Positions 1-13,277 are shown, counted from the first letter of the stretch. The stretch is 64,000 nt of DNA from Spizellomyces punctatus DAOM BR117 (GCA_000182565.2 KQ257452.1); one strand, 5' to 3'. Made by a program: numbers and translations. Notes: generated by a model not told the origin, from the sequence alone.

Positions 1-954
1 TGCAAGTCAGAGATTCCGTTCTTCAAGTCCAGGACGACATTCCGCACTCAGACGTCAATAGAGAATTCTTCATAGCTAGTGTAGAAGGGAAGCTCGGCAA
101 CGACTCGCTAATCAACTACGCAAAAGCCGATTCGTCTGCTCGCGACCAACTGAAAAAGATGTCGCGCCCGGAGCCTTACTACAAGCGCAATCGCCCCCAC
201 ATCTGCTCGTTTTATGTGAAGGGGGAGTGTAAGCGGGGAGACGAGTGTCCATTTCGTCACGAGGTACCTGTGGAGAATGACTTGTCCCATCAAAACATCA
301 GAGATCGGTACTATGGAAAGGACGATCCCGTTGCCAAAAGAATGTGTACGTTTCACTTATACGCATTGTAAACCTGTCTGTGGAGACTGAACACTGCTTC
401 ATTTTTTTTGCAGTAAATCGAACTGATAAGGCGTCTAAGTTGTCCAACCCCGAAGACACCTCCATCACATCTCTGTTCATCACCGGCATCGACGAAGAAA
501 TCAACGAACAAGACTTGCGGTAAGGGCTATGTTGTACTTCAGTTCTTTGAGTACTCGTGTCTTACTCTTGTCCGGCTTTTTCAGCGACTACTTTTATGCT
601 TTTGGAGAAGTAAAATCCATTGTCGTGATTCAGAAATCAAAATGTGCCTTTGTCAATTACGCCACGCGAGCAGCCGCTGAGCTCGCCGTTGATAAATCCT
701 ACAACAACCTCAATATTAAGGGAAAAGTCTTGCGAGTCCAGTGGGGGAAAGCAAGACCTCAGGGACCCAAAGGCGACGTGCAGACGGAGGTTGGGACGGT
801 GGTGCCAACACCTCAGCCCGCAAAACAGGGGACAACGTTGGATCAGCTGCTGAATATGCCACCAGCTCCACCACCTCCGGGTGCGGGACCGTCATTTTAT
901 CCTTCTCAGGATCCAAATATGCTTGGGACGTCGAATAGGGAGTTTAGGGCTTGA
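1..954 (+). CDS. RBM22: Pre-mRNA splicing factor RBM22/Slt11 (Ecm2), 5' part outside window
   Basis: PYYKRNRPHICSFYVKGECKRGDECPFRHE (CCCH finger), QNIRDRYYGKDDPVA and a C-terminal RRM (CAFVNY...LRVQWG); introns ~346-413 and ~520-584; stop at 954. Confidence 0.93.
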
Positions 955-1075
955 GATGCGCGGTTGTATAGAAAACGGGTATCCTTGTACGAGTCGTTTC
1001 TTTTTTTGTTTAATATCGTAAAATTATGGCAACGAGTGCGTAGTGTTTCCCAGTTGCGTGGGATTTCCACTGCTG

Positions 1076-1750
1076 TCAATCCTGTCCAAACCCAATTGCA
1101 CTGACTCGTTGTAACTCGGCGCACAGAACAGAAAGCTTGTCCTTGGCGGTCCACTTCCTCCTGTACATCGGTGGAGCAGATATCGACCTCGTTAGATTTT
1201 GTGACCTATTCCTTGATCCCCTAGTGGGTAGTGTACCAGCCCTCCTTATTCTTCGGATGCTCGGCAAACTTTTGACGGATATCCATTCCTCTGCATAAAG
1301 ATCATGCCATGTTACTGGCTCATCCTCTCTACCTCCTTCCTCATCTCTTCCACCTTCCAATCCAGCTGCTTCCCATTCATTAAGCCCCTCACTAGCACTA
1401 TCAATCATCTCAGTCTCCGCAATCCGACGCATCCTCGCGCTCTTTGAATGAGACCTCGGCGGCGGAACTGGCACGGTCGACTCAAAGGATCTCCTTCCCC
1501 TTTCTGTTTCTTCGGCCTCGGTTTGGGAGAGGTAAGGGAGAGACGGGAGTATCGAATGCGTCGAGAGGCGAAGGGGGTTGAGCTGGTAGTTTGGGGATAC
1601 GGATCGGGTGGGGAGGATGGGGGAAGTATGATGGGTGCGACGGCGGTGACGACGACGACGGCGAGTTAAAATGTAGAGTAGCAAAGTGAGGAAAGCGAGG
1701 ATAAGAACACCGAGGGCGGGTATAAGAATGATCAACCATAAGGGAAGCAT
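1076..1750 (-). CDS. Hypothetical single-pass membrane protein
   Basis: 224-aa ORF; N-terminal hydrophobic helix followed by an Arg cluster and a low-complexity tail; no family recognised. Confidence 0.55.
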   Translation of the reverse strand: MLPLWLIILIPALGVLILAFLTLLLYILTRRRRRHRRRTHHTSPILPTRSVSPNYQLNPLRLSTHSILPSLPYLSQTEAEETERGRRSFESTVPVPPPRSHSKSARMRRIAETEMIDSASEGLNEWEAAGLEGGRDEEGGREDEPVTWHDLYAEEWISVKSLPSIRRIRRAGTLPTRGSRNRSQNLTRSISAPPMYRRKWTAKDKLSVLCAELQRVSAIGFGQD

Positions 1751-2473
1751 TGTATTTTCGTTATTTTATCCCCTTTGGCTTGATTATGAAGGTCGACGGT
1801 TTACCGTCCTTGCATGGGGAATTATGAAAAGAAAATATGCTCGCTTCGAACTTTGACACTTTTGACATCAAGTTTCCCCACATGTAATGAGTTGTCTCAT
1901 AGTCGCGCATGTGAACTTCTTGCTTGTTGCATCACTGTGGCAATGGAAATCAGTGGAGAGGGGTAGGGTAGCATTGGACCTCCAACACTTTTGACTGGCA
2001 TGTATGTGCCGATTTCCCGCACAAATAGGACCAATTTCCCCAGGCATGTCATTGACGCAGTTTCGGCGCGTCTGCCAATGTTTTGTTTATACTAGATGTG
2101 TGGGTCGCGCTCCTGCGGTCCTTTCTCCGTGTGCACGGAGCTGTTAAAAAGTAAGGCCCAACGTGTGTGTTCGTGCGGTGTGTGGGTGTGAGAGGGGGGA
2201 ATGACCTTTCTCGAACGATAGTTTGTCTGTTCTAGCAGGGCACCCTCTTGTGTTCAATCTGATAATCAAGTGGCCAACTTTCATATGTAGGATTCCAAAA
2301 AGACCACTATACATTGATCGCTCTACACTTGGTACTCTTTCAGATAAAAAGCTGGAAAATTGCAGCACACGGAATGGATTGTGCAAGCATTCTCACGAAG
2401 AACGGTGAAGGCAAACATTCCACATCTATTAACGGTACAGAAAAGAACTACAAGCGGGCTCAGTCGTCCCAAC

Positions 2474-5400
2474 TCAAATCAAAGTCGTCTGACAGGGGTT
2501 GTTTGGGTTTTGGAAGAGCTTGGAGGTACGTGATTTAGTTGATTGTTTGTGCTGGAGCAAAAAGGACTTGCACGACGACATACCAGAATAAGATTTTGCA
2601 TTCCACGCCGGAATCTTTTCAATGTCTTCGTCGTCCGACATGTCAGAAAAGTTTTCGACGGGGGTTCTAAGAGGGAATATTAAGAACCATAATCTCAACG
2701 TTGGAGATAAAAAAGAATCACGTACACTTCGTTTTTGCCACCAACACGGGGCGGAGGTACATCCTTCTCCGATGCGACGCTGGGTTCAGGGGACAACGAC
2801 ATGGATGGGGAGGTGACGGAAAAGGGTGGTGATGGCGGCGACGGTGCTTTCACCGGTGGAGCCTTTGGCGTTGTAGGTGCTGATATCGGTTTCTGTACTG
2901 GATTTGGTGCCGGGCGTGTATGGGGTTTTATAACCGCCTCCATCGAAGCAGACGACGTCGAAAACTCAGATTCTTCCTGAATGGGATCAACGGTCCGAGT
3001 GTTGGCAAACTGCTGTCCATCGTCCTCGGATGCAGATGAGAGGGAGTCATCTGTTGATGAGGCTTGTTGTGTGTGCTTTTGCAGACGTGTTTGGAGGTCG
3101 TTCAGGGGAATATGGGTTTGGGTTGGGCGAGGGGGAGTGGAAGCTGGGGAAGAAATTGTTGGACTGGTTGCGTTGCTTGTTTGCGGAGAGTGAGTGTGTT
3201 TGGGGAAGAGCCGGCTAGGTGATTTAGGTGTGGCAGGTTTGGTCGGCAGACGATTGAATGAATTTGATCTGTCCCTCGTCATCTCCCGGTTTCGCTCCTG
3301 GCGTTTAGGTGATGACGGATTACTCAACGACCGAGACCGCTCTCCTGGCATTTGCCACGGTTCCTTCCCTGCACGTTCTTGATTTCTAGCCAAACTCCCG
3401 GCCCTGTCTCGCCTGGGTTCCACCGACAGTCTCCGATCCCGCCCACCTTCGAAGCTCTGTCTCCGATCCAAACTCAATCTTCTGGAAGACCACAAACTAG
3501 GCTCGCGTTTTCTCGTAAACGAAAGCGCTCTCGTGAGTTTTGCGAATCCTTCTTTGAGTTTATTCGGCGAAGGGGGTATGGAGACGGGGCGGAGGAGGGG
3601 CATGCTTCGTACGGATGCGCTGCGGAGGGGTGAACCGGGCCGACGCCGTTCTCGAGTTGGAGAAGCCGACATTGAACTCTCGGAGCCAGAAAACTCACTC
3701 GAATCGTCGTCCCAACGTGCAGCACTGTCGTGCTTCTCCCGTTTCAAAGACGGAAACTTCCATCCACCCAACGTGGGGGTGCCCGCAGGCAACGAGATGG
3801 ATCTAGTATGTCGGCTTCGCTTCTTTTTGATTTCCTTCACGTCCGTCTGGATACGTGGGGGGCGTACATTCATTTTAATTCTCTCGGCCTCTACGACGCC
3901 CTCCACAACCCTGTCAACATATTCCCTCATCTGTCCGTACAATGCATCATCCTCAACCTTCTCCTGGATGGCCTTTTCAAAGGATTGGACCCCGTGTATA
4001 AAATCTTGCGTTGCGTGCGTGTCCTTTTTGTATCTTTTGATAAATCTTGTGGGTGAAATGGAACGTTTGTGGAGAGTTTGGGTGAGGGTATGCTGGATCT
4101 GGGACTTGGGATGAGTGAATTGGGCGGCGGTGTGCGGGTACAGGGTTTTGACATGTGGGGAGGTAGGTAGGGGTGTTTCTGAAGATGGCGGTGTTTGAAT
4201 GAAGCGAGCATGACAGGGATGGTTTATCATGAAACTTACCTTTATGTTCCTTCATGAGCTCTACGGCCAGGTCCCAAGTTAGCTATTGGACCAAGGGAAA
4301 AAAGGATACATATGCGTCAGCCTTTTCAAATGCCCGTCGTCCCCTCACAAATGACGATAATGGTGATGACATACTGGTTCACCAACCCTCAAAAGTGGTT
4401 TCTTCTTGCGAGGCGATCGAGAAACTGGTGTAGTTGGCGCGCTTTTTTCTCGTCTGGTTGGTGATGGCGATGGCGTAGTGGGCTTGCTTTGAGATGGTTC
4501 TACGGGTGCGTGTGCTGGTTGTTGAGCTGGCTGTGGTGGATGTGCAATGCTCGCCTTGATTACTTCTATAGAATCCTGTATACGGAATGACATAAAATTT
4601 GGGACACTTGGGGATAAGTGAAGGCAACAACAACGAACCTTTAGCTCCTCCAAGCGGCCATCGCCTCTTTTCATCCATTCTTCTGTCAGACCCCTCACCA
4701 GCGCTTCTAGTCGCTCAATCTGGGTCGCTGGATCGGATCGAGGCTGTATCAAAGTGTGAGCACTGACATTCTATCTCCACAAATACCAAAACAGAAAGCG
4801 GTTACCTGGGAATCAAACGCTGCACGCAACTTTTGAATCTCTTTTTGTATTGGTTCAAGAGATTGGGTGTTAGGACGTGGCGGCTCTTCTTCGTCCTCAA
4901 GGGTACCAAAAGTTGATGGACGCTTTTCCTGTTGAAGTCGTGCCTAAGATACGTACATTAGTGCCCCACATTGGCAATAATAAAGGGATTGAGAGAAAAT
5001 GCCCATACTTTGATGGCTTCAAGTTCTTGACGCTCTTCAAGGAGGGCTTTACGCTCTTGGTCAAGTTCTTGATGTAAAGTCGTTTTCAAATCCTGGATTT
5101 CACGTTCGTATGCTAGTTTCTGGTGATTTAGGGTTTGGGATAGCGTTGCCTGAGATGGCGGGGCAAGTGCGTCATTCGATTTATTGTCTCGTGGGATACC
5201 ATGTTTTTGCATCAACGCACCTCTCGTTCTTTTATCTCCTTCTCCAATCGCCCTTCCATCTCCCTTCTCAACTGTCGCTCCACTTCAGCCATCCGAGCCG
5301 TAACGCGTTCCATTCCCTCCACAATCTTTTCCGCAAGAGGAGGCGTCGGATCTTCTTGTTTCTCTCGTTTGGGGTGAGACACTGCGTCGCTGTCCTTGAC

Positions 5401-6319
5401 GGGGATCGCGCCTGGGGAGGTGGGATGCCGTCTTTGCATGTGGCTGTCCAGGTAGACAGTTGAAATAAAGATTTTGGGACATATTGGGCAGCGCTTCGGG
5501 GAAAGGGGGGGGGGGGGAGGTGTTTGGAAGTTTTCATGAAAGTATAGCTGCAATAAAACTTACGTGATATGTTGTTGTTGTCGTCGTGGCATTGTTGATG
5601 TGTCCCGCAACACCGCTGCCCACCCCAGGCATCTTTGTCATGAGCTGATAGGCATACAAACTCTTTCTCAAGATCCTCGTCTCCTTTTTCATTCCTCCTA
5701 ATTCAGATTTCTGAACAGCAAAAGTTGACGCTAGTCAATCCTTCTATCAAGCACATTGAGATATCATTTACAACTGGGTACCTGGCTTTCGCACTCCTTT
5801 GTCAACCCCGCGAGCCGCTCTCTCAGCTCCTCCACCTGATCAGTCAACACTTTTCGATGGTCCAGCAAGTAATCCTGCACAAGGTTCAATTTCACCGAAC
5901 TTTAAAAGAAACCAAAACAAAACTACCTGAGAATGCAGCAGATACTCAATTGTCAATTGGGATAGCTGGAAAAGCTTAATATAAGTGGGATCGAGACGCA
6001 GATCTGTAATGTACATTAAGGGATCAGCGCAAGCACATGGTGATAACAAGAACAAACTACATACCCTCGGCCTCAATATCGCAATACGTCAGATTCTCCA
6101 TGACATCTTGTAGAGTTTGTATGTCCACCTAAACCCCAAAGCATCACAATTAGCTATACCAAACCACACCAGATCTCTGAGATGGTAACCAACCTCCTTC
6201 ATGACCCTTGACACATCCACAGACGCCATCACGCGCCAATTAAGCCTTTCTCGGCGTCTTTTAAAGAAGAAGCCCGCCATAACAGGCGGGTCACGGTGCT
6301 GTGGGCGGAAGTGCATCAT
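2474..6319 (-). CDS. DZIP1: DZIP1/Iguana-like ciliary basal-body C2H2 zinc finger protein (multi-exon; 3' end approximate)
   Basis: FFFKRRRERLNWRVMASVDVSRV and LFQLSQLTIEYLLHSQ (Dzip-like N-terminal domain), CPICPKIFISTVYLDSHMQRRH (C2H2), coiled coils, long Ser/Pro/Arg-rich C-terminal exon. Confidence 0.8.
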
Positions 6320-6822
6320 TAAAGTATGTAATGGGGAGAATGCAACAGATGGCAAGAAGTGGGAGGTTGGCGAAGACGTGCGGGGATTAGGTAATACGCG
6401 TTCCCCTCTAGCTATCGTTAACTCTATTAGGCATCTCATCGATTTCCAACTGTCGCATATGGTAAAAAATGGGTTTTTGTTTAGAGAGATATCTTTGCTT
6501 GGGTTTTAGAAAGCTTTTAAGCAGGATCTCGTGTGCAGATCGGGTTTGAGCATTGTTCAACCTCATCCGGTCTTACCTCAACCCAATATGTAGCAGGCAC
6601 TGAATACGTGCATCCAATTCCCAAACGGCCATGAATTGGAAAGTCAACCTTAACCAAAACAGTCAGATACAAGTTGCGTCTCCAGCGACCCGTCTGTTCA
6701 AAGTGTAGATTTCGAGCAGATGTAAATTACATGCAAAATAGATAAGTACATGAACCCCCCTTCCCCCAATAAGCCGTCTCATCAACCATCACATTCATCA
6801 CCTTTCAAAGCCCACTAGTTGG

Positions 6823-7356
6823 TCATCGCTTAACAGCCTTATCGAATGTCCTCTCAAACTCCTTCAACTTGGTCAAATACTCCTCCCCATATTTGGCACC
6901 CAACAAACTTTCCATCTCCGCTCGAAACACCTTACCCTTCCCACCCTTAGCTCCATAATACCCATCTACAATCTTTCTTTTATACATCTTGGCAACATCG
7001 CACTCCAAGTACTTCTCCGGCAGAGTCAGAATATACTCGTCAAACCCCCCTTTAGCATCAATCTCTCGTAAAGCGTGGGTAGAGAGCCTAGTCCAAATGT
7101 TCATGTCCAATGTACGAGAGTATAGGGGTCGGTAGATGACGTTGGGGAGGAAGGCGCGGCGAGTCCGGTTTGATCCCTTTTCGCTAATGTTGTCTCCGAA
7201 AGTTATCTTCTTGCCGTGCATAAATGTGGGGATGATTCGCCGGTATTGTTTAAGGTCAAAGGGGATGCCGCCCAGACGTCGTGGGTCGGCGAGCGGCCCT
7301 TTGGCGGCTACATCTCTGGCTAATTGCCAGACTCGCTGTGGGTATGGGAGAGGCAT
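6823..7356 (-). CDS. MRPL24: Mitochondrial ribosomal protein bL28m
   Basis: HGKKITFGDNISEKGSNRTRRAFLPNV...LREIDAKGGFDEYIL, the L28 family pattern; ATG at 7356. Confidence 0.88.
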   Translation of the reverse strand: MPLPYPQRVWQLARDVAAKGPLADPRRLGGIPFDLKQYRRIIPTFMHGKKITFGDNISEKGSNRTRRAFLPNVIYRPLYSRTLDMNIWTRLSTHALREIDAKGGFDEYILTLPEKYLECDVAKMYKRKIVDGYYGAKGGKGKVFRAEMESLLGAKYGEEYLTKLKEFERTFDKAVKR

Positions 7357-7528
7357 GTCGGGCTCAGGTTTACACTGCCTCTTGCTAGAAGTAGAGGTCA
7401 ATTCAAAGCGTGTAGATCCATCACCATAGCAACGAAACGCCGACCAACGCTTCGAGTGTCAATCGTTCTGGCAACGAGCATTTCTCTAGTTGAACTTGTC
7501 GTTTACCCTTCTCCAAAACGACATCAAC

Positions 7529-7789
7529 ATGTCGTCCATTCGCCTAATACGCCTCGTAACTCGCGTGTCCAAAGCCCCACTGGCTGGATTCACATCCCCA
7601 TGTGCATCCACGGCACCCGCTCAACTCGCCTCGAAATTGCACACCGCTCAACCAGCTACCCACCCAACTGCCCAACCAACTGCACAGCCAACGGCACAAG
7701 GCTGCGCTCCCGCTAGGTCACCATCTCCTTCTTCCTCCGCCCTCGTAGGTCCTTTTGTACTTGTTTCAGCAAATGTACATTGTGTCTGA
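7529..7789 (+). CDS. Small hypothetical protein (86 aa), possible mitochondrial presequence, PTAQ repeats
   Basis: ATG in AACATG context; MSSIRLIRLVTRVSKA is Arg/Ser-rich with no acidic residues; divergent from the bL28m gene. Confidence 0.4.
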   Translation: MSSIRLIRLVTRVSKAPLAGFTSPCASTAPAQLASKLHTAQPATHPTAQPTAQPTAQGCAPARSPSPSSSALVGPFVLVSANVHCV

Positions 7790-8154
7790 TCTTTATGGAC
7801 TAGGCATCCACACCAACTCTGAATGCAAACACTCGTCACAAAATTGCAATGTCTCTCCTACTAAACTATGGAGACCAACTCGGTGAAGGGGTATAGTAGG
7901 TTCGACTCTTCGTGCACCATTTTCGAGGTGAATGAGAGACCTCGAGAGAACTTCTTGCTGACATTTTGATTTGTTTATAATAGGGCTAATGACGCGCTTA
8001 GTATTTGAGCTGATGCAGGTGTTTTTAGTTGGATTTGGTACCTGGAAGTAGTGAATGGGGCATGCATTGCGCACGAGATTTTTGCGGTGATTGCAATTTA
8101 GAGACATAGTCAGATGAAGATAAATACAAATGCCGTGAAAATCTATTGTCATTA

Positions 8155-8254
8155 NNNNNNNNNNNNNNNNNNNNNNNNNNNNNNNNNNNNNNNNNNNNNN
8201 NNNNNNNNNNNNNNNNNNNNNNNNNNNNNNNNNNNNNNNNNNNNNNNNNNNNNN
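8155..8254. other. Assembly gap (100 N)
   Basis: N run that truncates the LTV1 3' end; the true gap is probably longer. Confidence 0.99.
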
Positions 8255-9581
8255 CAGTCGTTGCTTGCTGACGAGATTGTCACCCCGAACACTTGGATCA
8301 TCCGCGTCGAGTTCTCCAATTTCGTCATCAGAGTACTCGTCTAGTACCCGATCGAATTGGTCGTCAAGGAGTGTCAACTTGTCATTACGGAACATTGTAG
8401 AGGAAGACATCACAGAAAAGGAGGTTTCAGCGGTTCGTCGGTCCCATCGCGAATTATGGATGTCGCTTTCATCTTCATTTTCCTCATCCGAATCATGCGG
8501 GGTATGCTTTTTATATTTCTTGTACTCTTTGTACCAATCCTCCTGATCTCCATCATCTTCTTCTCCTTCTACCTCCGGGACCTCCTCCTCAAACCCCTCA
8601 GGTACCTCATCAGCATCCAAGGCAGCAAAGAAGTCATCATCAGCGGCGTCGTCGACGTATTCCTCGTCATCGAGTGCATACAAGACTTCACGGACATCGG
8701 CGCTCACTTCAAGTAGTGAAGGGTCAGCTCGGTTGAGCATCCCAACTCGGTCCTCGTTCGTTGATGGTAAAGCTTCGCTAGGGAGGTCAAAAGTTACCTT
8801 CCGTTTCCCAGAATGGGCTTCTGCTGCTTGTTCATCCTGTTTCAGACAGAATGTTCAACAACTTCACATTTACCTTCCATGCCATCACTGTATCGAAAAA
8901 CCTACCACAAATTGAATTCCTCCCGATTTATCCTTCTTTTGTGTCGCTTTTGGTTCCATAAATACCGCGCCAGGGTCTTCGCCAATTGGTTTCAAGTGCT
9001 TCATATAATCGTACTTGTCTTGATCATTGAAGAAGATACCGTATAATGATGGATCTTCCTTTGCATTCAATCTGTGCAATTACGCAACTGGCCCGATCAG
9101 CATTTTACCAAAGAAAATTGTGTTTGGGCGTACATACCGCTCTGACGTTGGCTTCCCTTCCTTAGAACGGTGTAAAGCATCCTTCGACTTTGCATTGCTT
9201 ACGCTGTTCTTCCCGTCCTCGTCCGCCTCCGGCTCGCTTTCTTCCTCATCCTCAAACTCCTCGTCAAAATCGCCGTCCTCAAACTCTCGGTCAAACTCTT
9301 CGTCGCTTTGTTCCTCAAATTCTGGATAGTCCCCTTCGGGAACCTGATCCACGTCATATTTTCCTTTCTAAAATACGGTTTGCGGCATATTCAGTTACTG
9401 CAAAAGTTTTGCTATTGAGGGAGCAGTCCAAACATACCTTGAGCAAATTGTAACTCGGTGGAACTGCTTTAAGCACATACCGACTCGAAGCTTCGTCAGC
9501 GAGCGCTGGATCTCGTTGTGACCTGTGCACTACTTGGTAGTGTATGGAGTTCTTAGGGTCGATGAACTTTTTCTTGCCCAT
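8255..9581 (-). CDS. LTV1: 40S ribosome biogenesis factor LTV1 (3' end lost in gap)
   Basis: MGKKKFIDPKNSIHYQVVHRSQRDP, YGIFFNDQDKYDYMKHLKPIG, SSSTMFRNDKLTLLDDQFD, EYSDDEIGELD. Confidence 0.93.
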
Positions 9582-9746
9582 GTTTGTCAAATGTGGAAGT
9601 TTCGTTCTTTCCTTCAGTCGCTTTCACACTTGCATTTCGTAAAGAATAATTATGCTGTGCCCCTGGATTCCATGGCAACAACCTGTCTATGGATCAAGTG
9701 GAACTCGCGCTTCTATGCCTTTGCGTTTTCGAATTTCTCACTCACG

Positions 9747-10409
9747 ATGGTATGTTTGTTTTAACACAGCGGACATCCCCATTTGATTACTTATATTCCA
9801 CAGGCAAAAGGGTCGGCGAAGAAAATTCACGAAAAGAATACCCAAACCCTCTCCAACCTTCTCAAAACGCATGCGGGAGTCACAGCCTTCTATATTCTTT
9901 GGCGAGTTTTCTTTCTATGGTCTTCCCTGTCAAAATGGCATATCATAGGGTGGGCTTTAGCAAACGGACTATTTGTATGGTTATACCGCTCGTTAGGTGC
10001 TTCTGCAACACCGAGTTTTGGTCCTAATGGCGTGATTGAGGACGCGGGGGCGGATTTGTCGGCGGAGGGCCTGGTTGCCTACATGTTTGACATAATATAT
10101 ATTGGATGGTTTGTGCTGGTCGCGACGGCCGTGATATCGGATAGTAAGTCAGCGTGCAACGTAGTGTTCGCAAATCCTGCGTTAGATCTAATGATTTGGA
10201 TCATAGAATTCTGGTGGACGTATCTAGTCGTACCAGGGTTCGCAGCATACAAGATCTATGATAAGGTTGGTCTATGTACAGGTAGTGATGGGGAGCATTA
10301 CCTAATTGGATTTTCTTCGGCTTAGGTAAAACCAATGCTAACGGGGGGATCGGCGCAACAGAGCCCGCAGCCGGCAAAGCAAGAAACAAAAGGTCAAATA
10401 CGTCCGCGG
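9747..10409 (+). CDS. SND2: SND2/TMEM208 SRP-independent targeting protein (3' end in gap)
   Basis: ATG at 9747, intron 9750-9803, then AKGSAKKIHEKN; DAGADLSAEGLVAYMFDIIYIGW and WWTYLVVPGFAAYK motifs. Confidence 0.88.
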
Positions 10410-10632
10410 NNNNNNNNNNNNNNNNNNNNNNNNNNNNNNNNNNNNNNNNNNNNNNNNNNNNNNNNNNNNNNNNNNNNNNNNNNNNNNNNNNNNNNNNNNN
10501 NNNNNNNNNNNNNNNNNNNNNNNNNNNNNNNNNNNNNNNNNNNNNNNNNNNNNNNNNNNNNNNNNNNNNNNNNNNNNNNNNNNNNNNNNNNNNNNNNNNN
10601 NNNNNNNNNNNNNNNNNNNNNNNNNNNNNNNN
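10410..10632. other. Assembly gap (223 N)
   Basis: N run between the convergent SND2 and RNA15 3' ends. Confidence 0.99.
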
Positions 10633-11840
10633 ACAACAAGATTCACCCACCTTCTGTTGCTCCTGAAGTATGTCGTCTATAATCGGATCCGCAGCAGGTC
10701 AATTTCATGACAGGCAGAAGACTATTTCTGTTGGTACTTACTGATCTGGGGTGCTGCAGTTGGCATGACTGGCACCGTTGGTTGTGCAGGTAATCCAGTG
10801 GGGACAGCCACTGGTAACTGTGGGTTCGGTGGTACGAATGGTTGGGTTTGGAAGTGGCCAACAGCACCTGGCGGAATTGCACCAGGTAGAGTTGCGGGTA
10901 TGAAAGGAGGGTTGACGACGGAAGTTGCCAGTCTCTGCTGCGGTGCTATCGCTTGGCTTTGCAAGATCCGTTGCATTATTGCAGGCTCCACCACGTTCAT
11001 CACCAACAATGCTTGGAATAAAGAGTAGGAAAGCTGAGGATTCTCGGTCAACAGCGCCCGGACCTGGTCCGGGTTACTTTGAACGTGGAACTGTAGATAT
11101 GAAAGGAAGAAAAGTCCTTAATCTTTGCTCAATCTTGTACTCAATGCATTCCCAATTACCTTCATCTGAGACAAGACTTCTAGCATTTGTTCGGGAGGGT
11201 AAGAAGATAGAGTCTTATTAATGACATCGGTTGACGACTGTCCAGGTATGACTGTCGGAGGGGCCATTTGGGTCGGTTGGGGCATATTTCTGTTTCTCTG
11301 TCATCCATATGGAGCTGTTAACGAAGGATATACAAGGCAAACCCCGACAAAAGCGTACATCATCGGGAGGAGGTGCGCGTCCCGCGCCGCCTGAATCCTC
11401 CTTGTCACTCTCCGCAAAATCTATACGCAACTGCCGACCTCCCACATCGTAACTATTCAAATTCCTCACTGCACTGGCGGCAGTTTCCGCATCTGGTTTT
11501 GTTTTGAGCTATCAGCAGATTAAGCACTTTGCATATTTCATCGCATACCTTGGAAGGTACAGAAGCCATATCCTTTTGGCTTCCCTGTTTCGCGGTCAAA
11601 AACCAGTCGAAATGAAACAACCGGGCCTACTTCTTTAAATATGTCAATTAATTGTGGTTCTGTTAAATCGTCTATGGAAAGCAGTGGTGAGCTTTGGAAA
11701 GATCTGTGACGGGCGTAAGATGGACATACAGGGAATATTGCCCACTATAGAGAAAAGTAAAACGGTGAGAGGGTGGAACATGGTGATCATTCAGTTCTAG
11801 GCAACGTACCAAACACCACTCGGGTAGGTCGTCCTGACAT
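10633..11840 (-). CDS. RNA15: Cleavage stimulation factor CstF-64/Rna15 (3' end in gap)
   Basis: Spliced RRM VFVGNIPY...[18 protein letters not shown]...[20 protein letters not shown]; hinge domain [19 protein letters not shown]. Confidence 0.92.
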
Positions 11841-12461
11841 TTTCAGCGTACAAATTCGGGAGATTATTCTGTCCAAATTGTGGAGATCTCGGCAAGCCCA
11901 AGAAAGGAATGGAGATAACCAGGATTAACTGTTGTGGAACGAACCGCATTTCATTCGCGACATGATATCCATTTTATAATTCATATTCCCGTTTTACAGT
12001 AATATGGCTTGTGCCTAGGCAATTGATAAAAAACACATGGTCATATATTGTGCGAAATAACGGAGCGAACTTTTGGGCAGCGGATGTGTATTTTCGATGC
12101 AACGAAAGATTGAGAACCAGCCCTCCTCAACAATTCGCTGGGGGAGCAATATTTCATGTTGACTTTAAGGAATTAACTATTCATTAACTGGATAAATAAT
12201 ACTAGCCAAGATTTGCAACTTCAGATAGGTCAAAGGATGACAGCTACTACGGACACCCACTACTGAGTGTTAATGATCACATTGAATGGCACGCACCAAT
12301 GTAGTGAACCTCGCCTTTTAAATGCTCCGTGGATAAAACACAACACGGGCATAGTAAATGCATCAACTTACAAAGAATTAGGGATTTGCATACTGTTTTA
12401 TACAGGAAAAACCGGACACCCTCCGCCACCAACATCCATTTATCCGTCAGATCCAACGAAA

Positions 12462-13277
12462 TCACTGGCGTATGAACGTCGGTTGTGGTGCCGGCGCACC
12501 ATAGCTGTAAGGATTCAGCGGATTCGTTCCAGGCTCGGGCATCCCCATCAAAGCAGCCCTGCCCCTATCCATCACCATCCCCGCTCCACCACCACCACCG
12601 CTGTATCCCGGTCTATCGTGTTTGAAAAAGAACTGCAAATGAAATTGCCGTGCATCCGGATCCCAAAATGTCCAAAATCGCCCCTCAGTCTTATCAATTT
12701 CCTTGCTTTGTACTTTAAAAGATATCGTTTCGTACGGCTCTGCCGCAAAGAGGAGGTATTGAAAGTACTTGTTGGGCTCCTCTTGTCGCTGTTCATATGC
12801 GGACATAAATCGGTGTCGTGGTTTGATTCCCTCAGCTGCTTCAGGATATTGGATTTGGAAGAGCAAACCAAGCTGCCTTGTATGTGGATCCCGAATCTTG
12901 GTGACTTTATATCCCGGGCGCCCAATCTTCACAGCAACTTTTTTTGGAACAATTCGAGGTCCGACGGCTCCTGTTGCATCAGGTATCCCAACAGTTTGAG
13001 TGTCCCGTGCATCTTTAGCTGCCCGACGGGCGAGATTGGTTTGATGTTTCTTTCCCTGTGTGTGCGCAAGGTAGGAACCCTCGTTGTTGTGTAGAGTTAA
13101 ACAAAGCTTGCACTCGTACGAGCCAAGATGGTTTTTCATGAAATATGGATCCTTTGCGAGGTCGATGGTTTCAAGAGCGAGCTTTCGAAGTCGCTCTCTA
13201 CGGTCTACGTTCGATTCGGATCCACCCGCCACGCCGGCGGACCCCGGCTTTGATCCGACACGGTTTTGAAAGTCCAT
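12462..13277 (-). CDS. SF3A2: Splicing factor 3A subunit 2 (SAP62/Prp11), intronless
   Basis: MDFQNRVGSKPGS...RRERLRKLALETIDLAKDPYFMKNHLGSYECKLCLTLHNNEGSYLAHTQGKKH. Confidence 0.97.
   Translation of the reverse strand: MDFQNRVGSKPGSAGVAGGSESNVDRRERLRKLALETIDLAKDPYFMKNHLGSYECKLCLTLHNNEGSYLAHTQGKKHQTNLARRAAKDARDTQTVGIPDATGAVGPRIVPKKVAVKIGRPGYKVTKIRDPHTRQLGLLFQIQYPEAAEGIKPRHRFMSAYEQRQEEPNKYFQYLLFAAEPYETISFKVQSKEIDKTEGRFWTFWDPDARQFHLQFFFKHDRPGYSGGGGGAGMVMDRGRAALMGMPEPGTNPLNPYSYGAPAPQPTFIRQ

Noticed and set aside
7793-8154. ORF track extends LTV1 across the N gap to 7793
   Set aside because: Artefact of translating through Ns; the post-gap sequence shows no LTV1-like features
12267-13094. 275-aa plus-strand ORF
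   Set aside because: Antisense shadow of the highly conserved SF3A2
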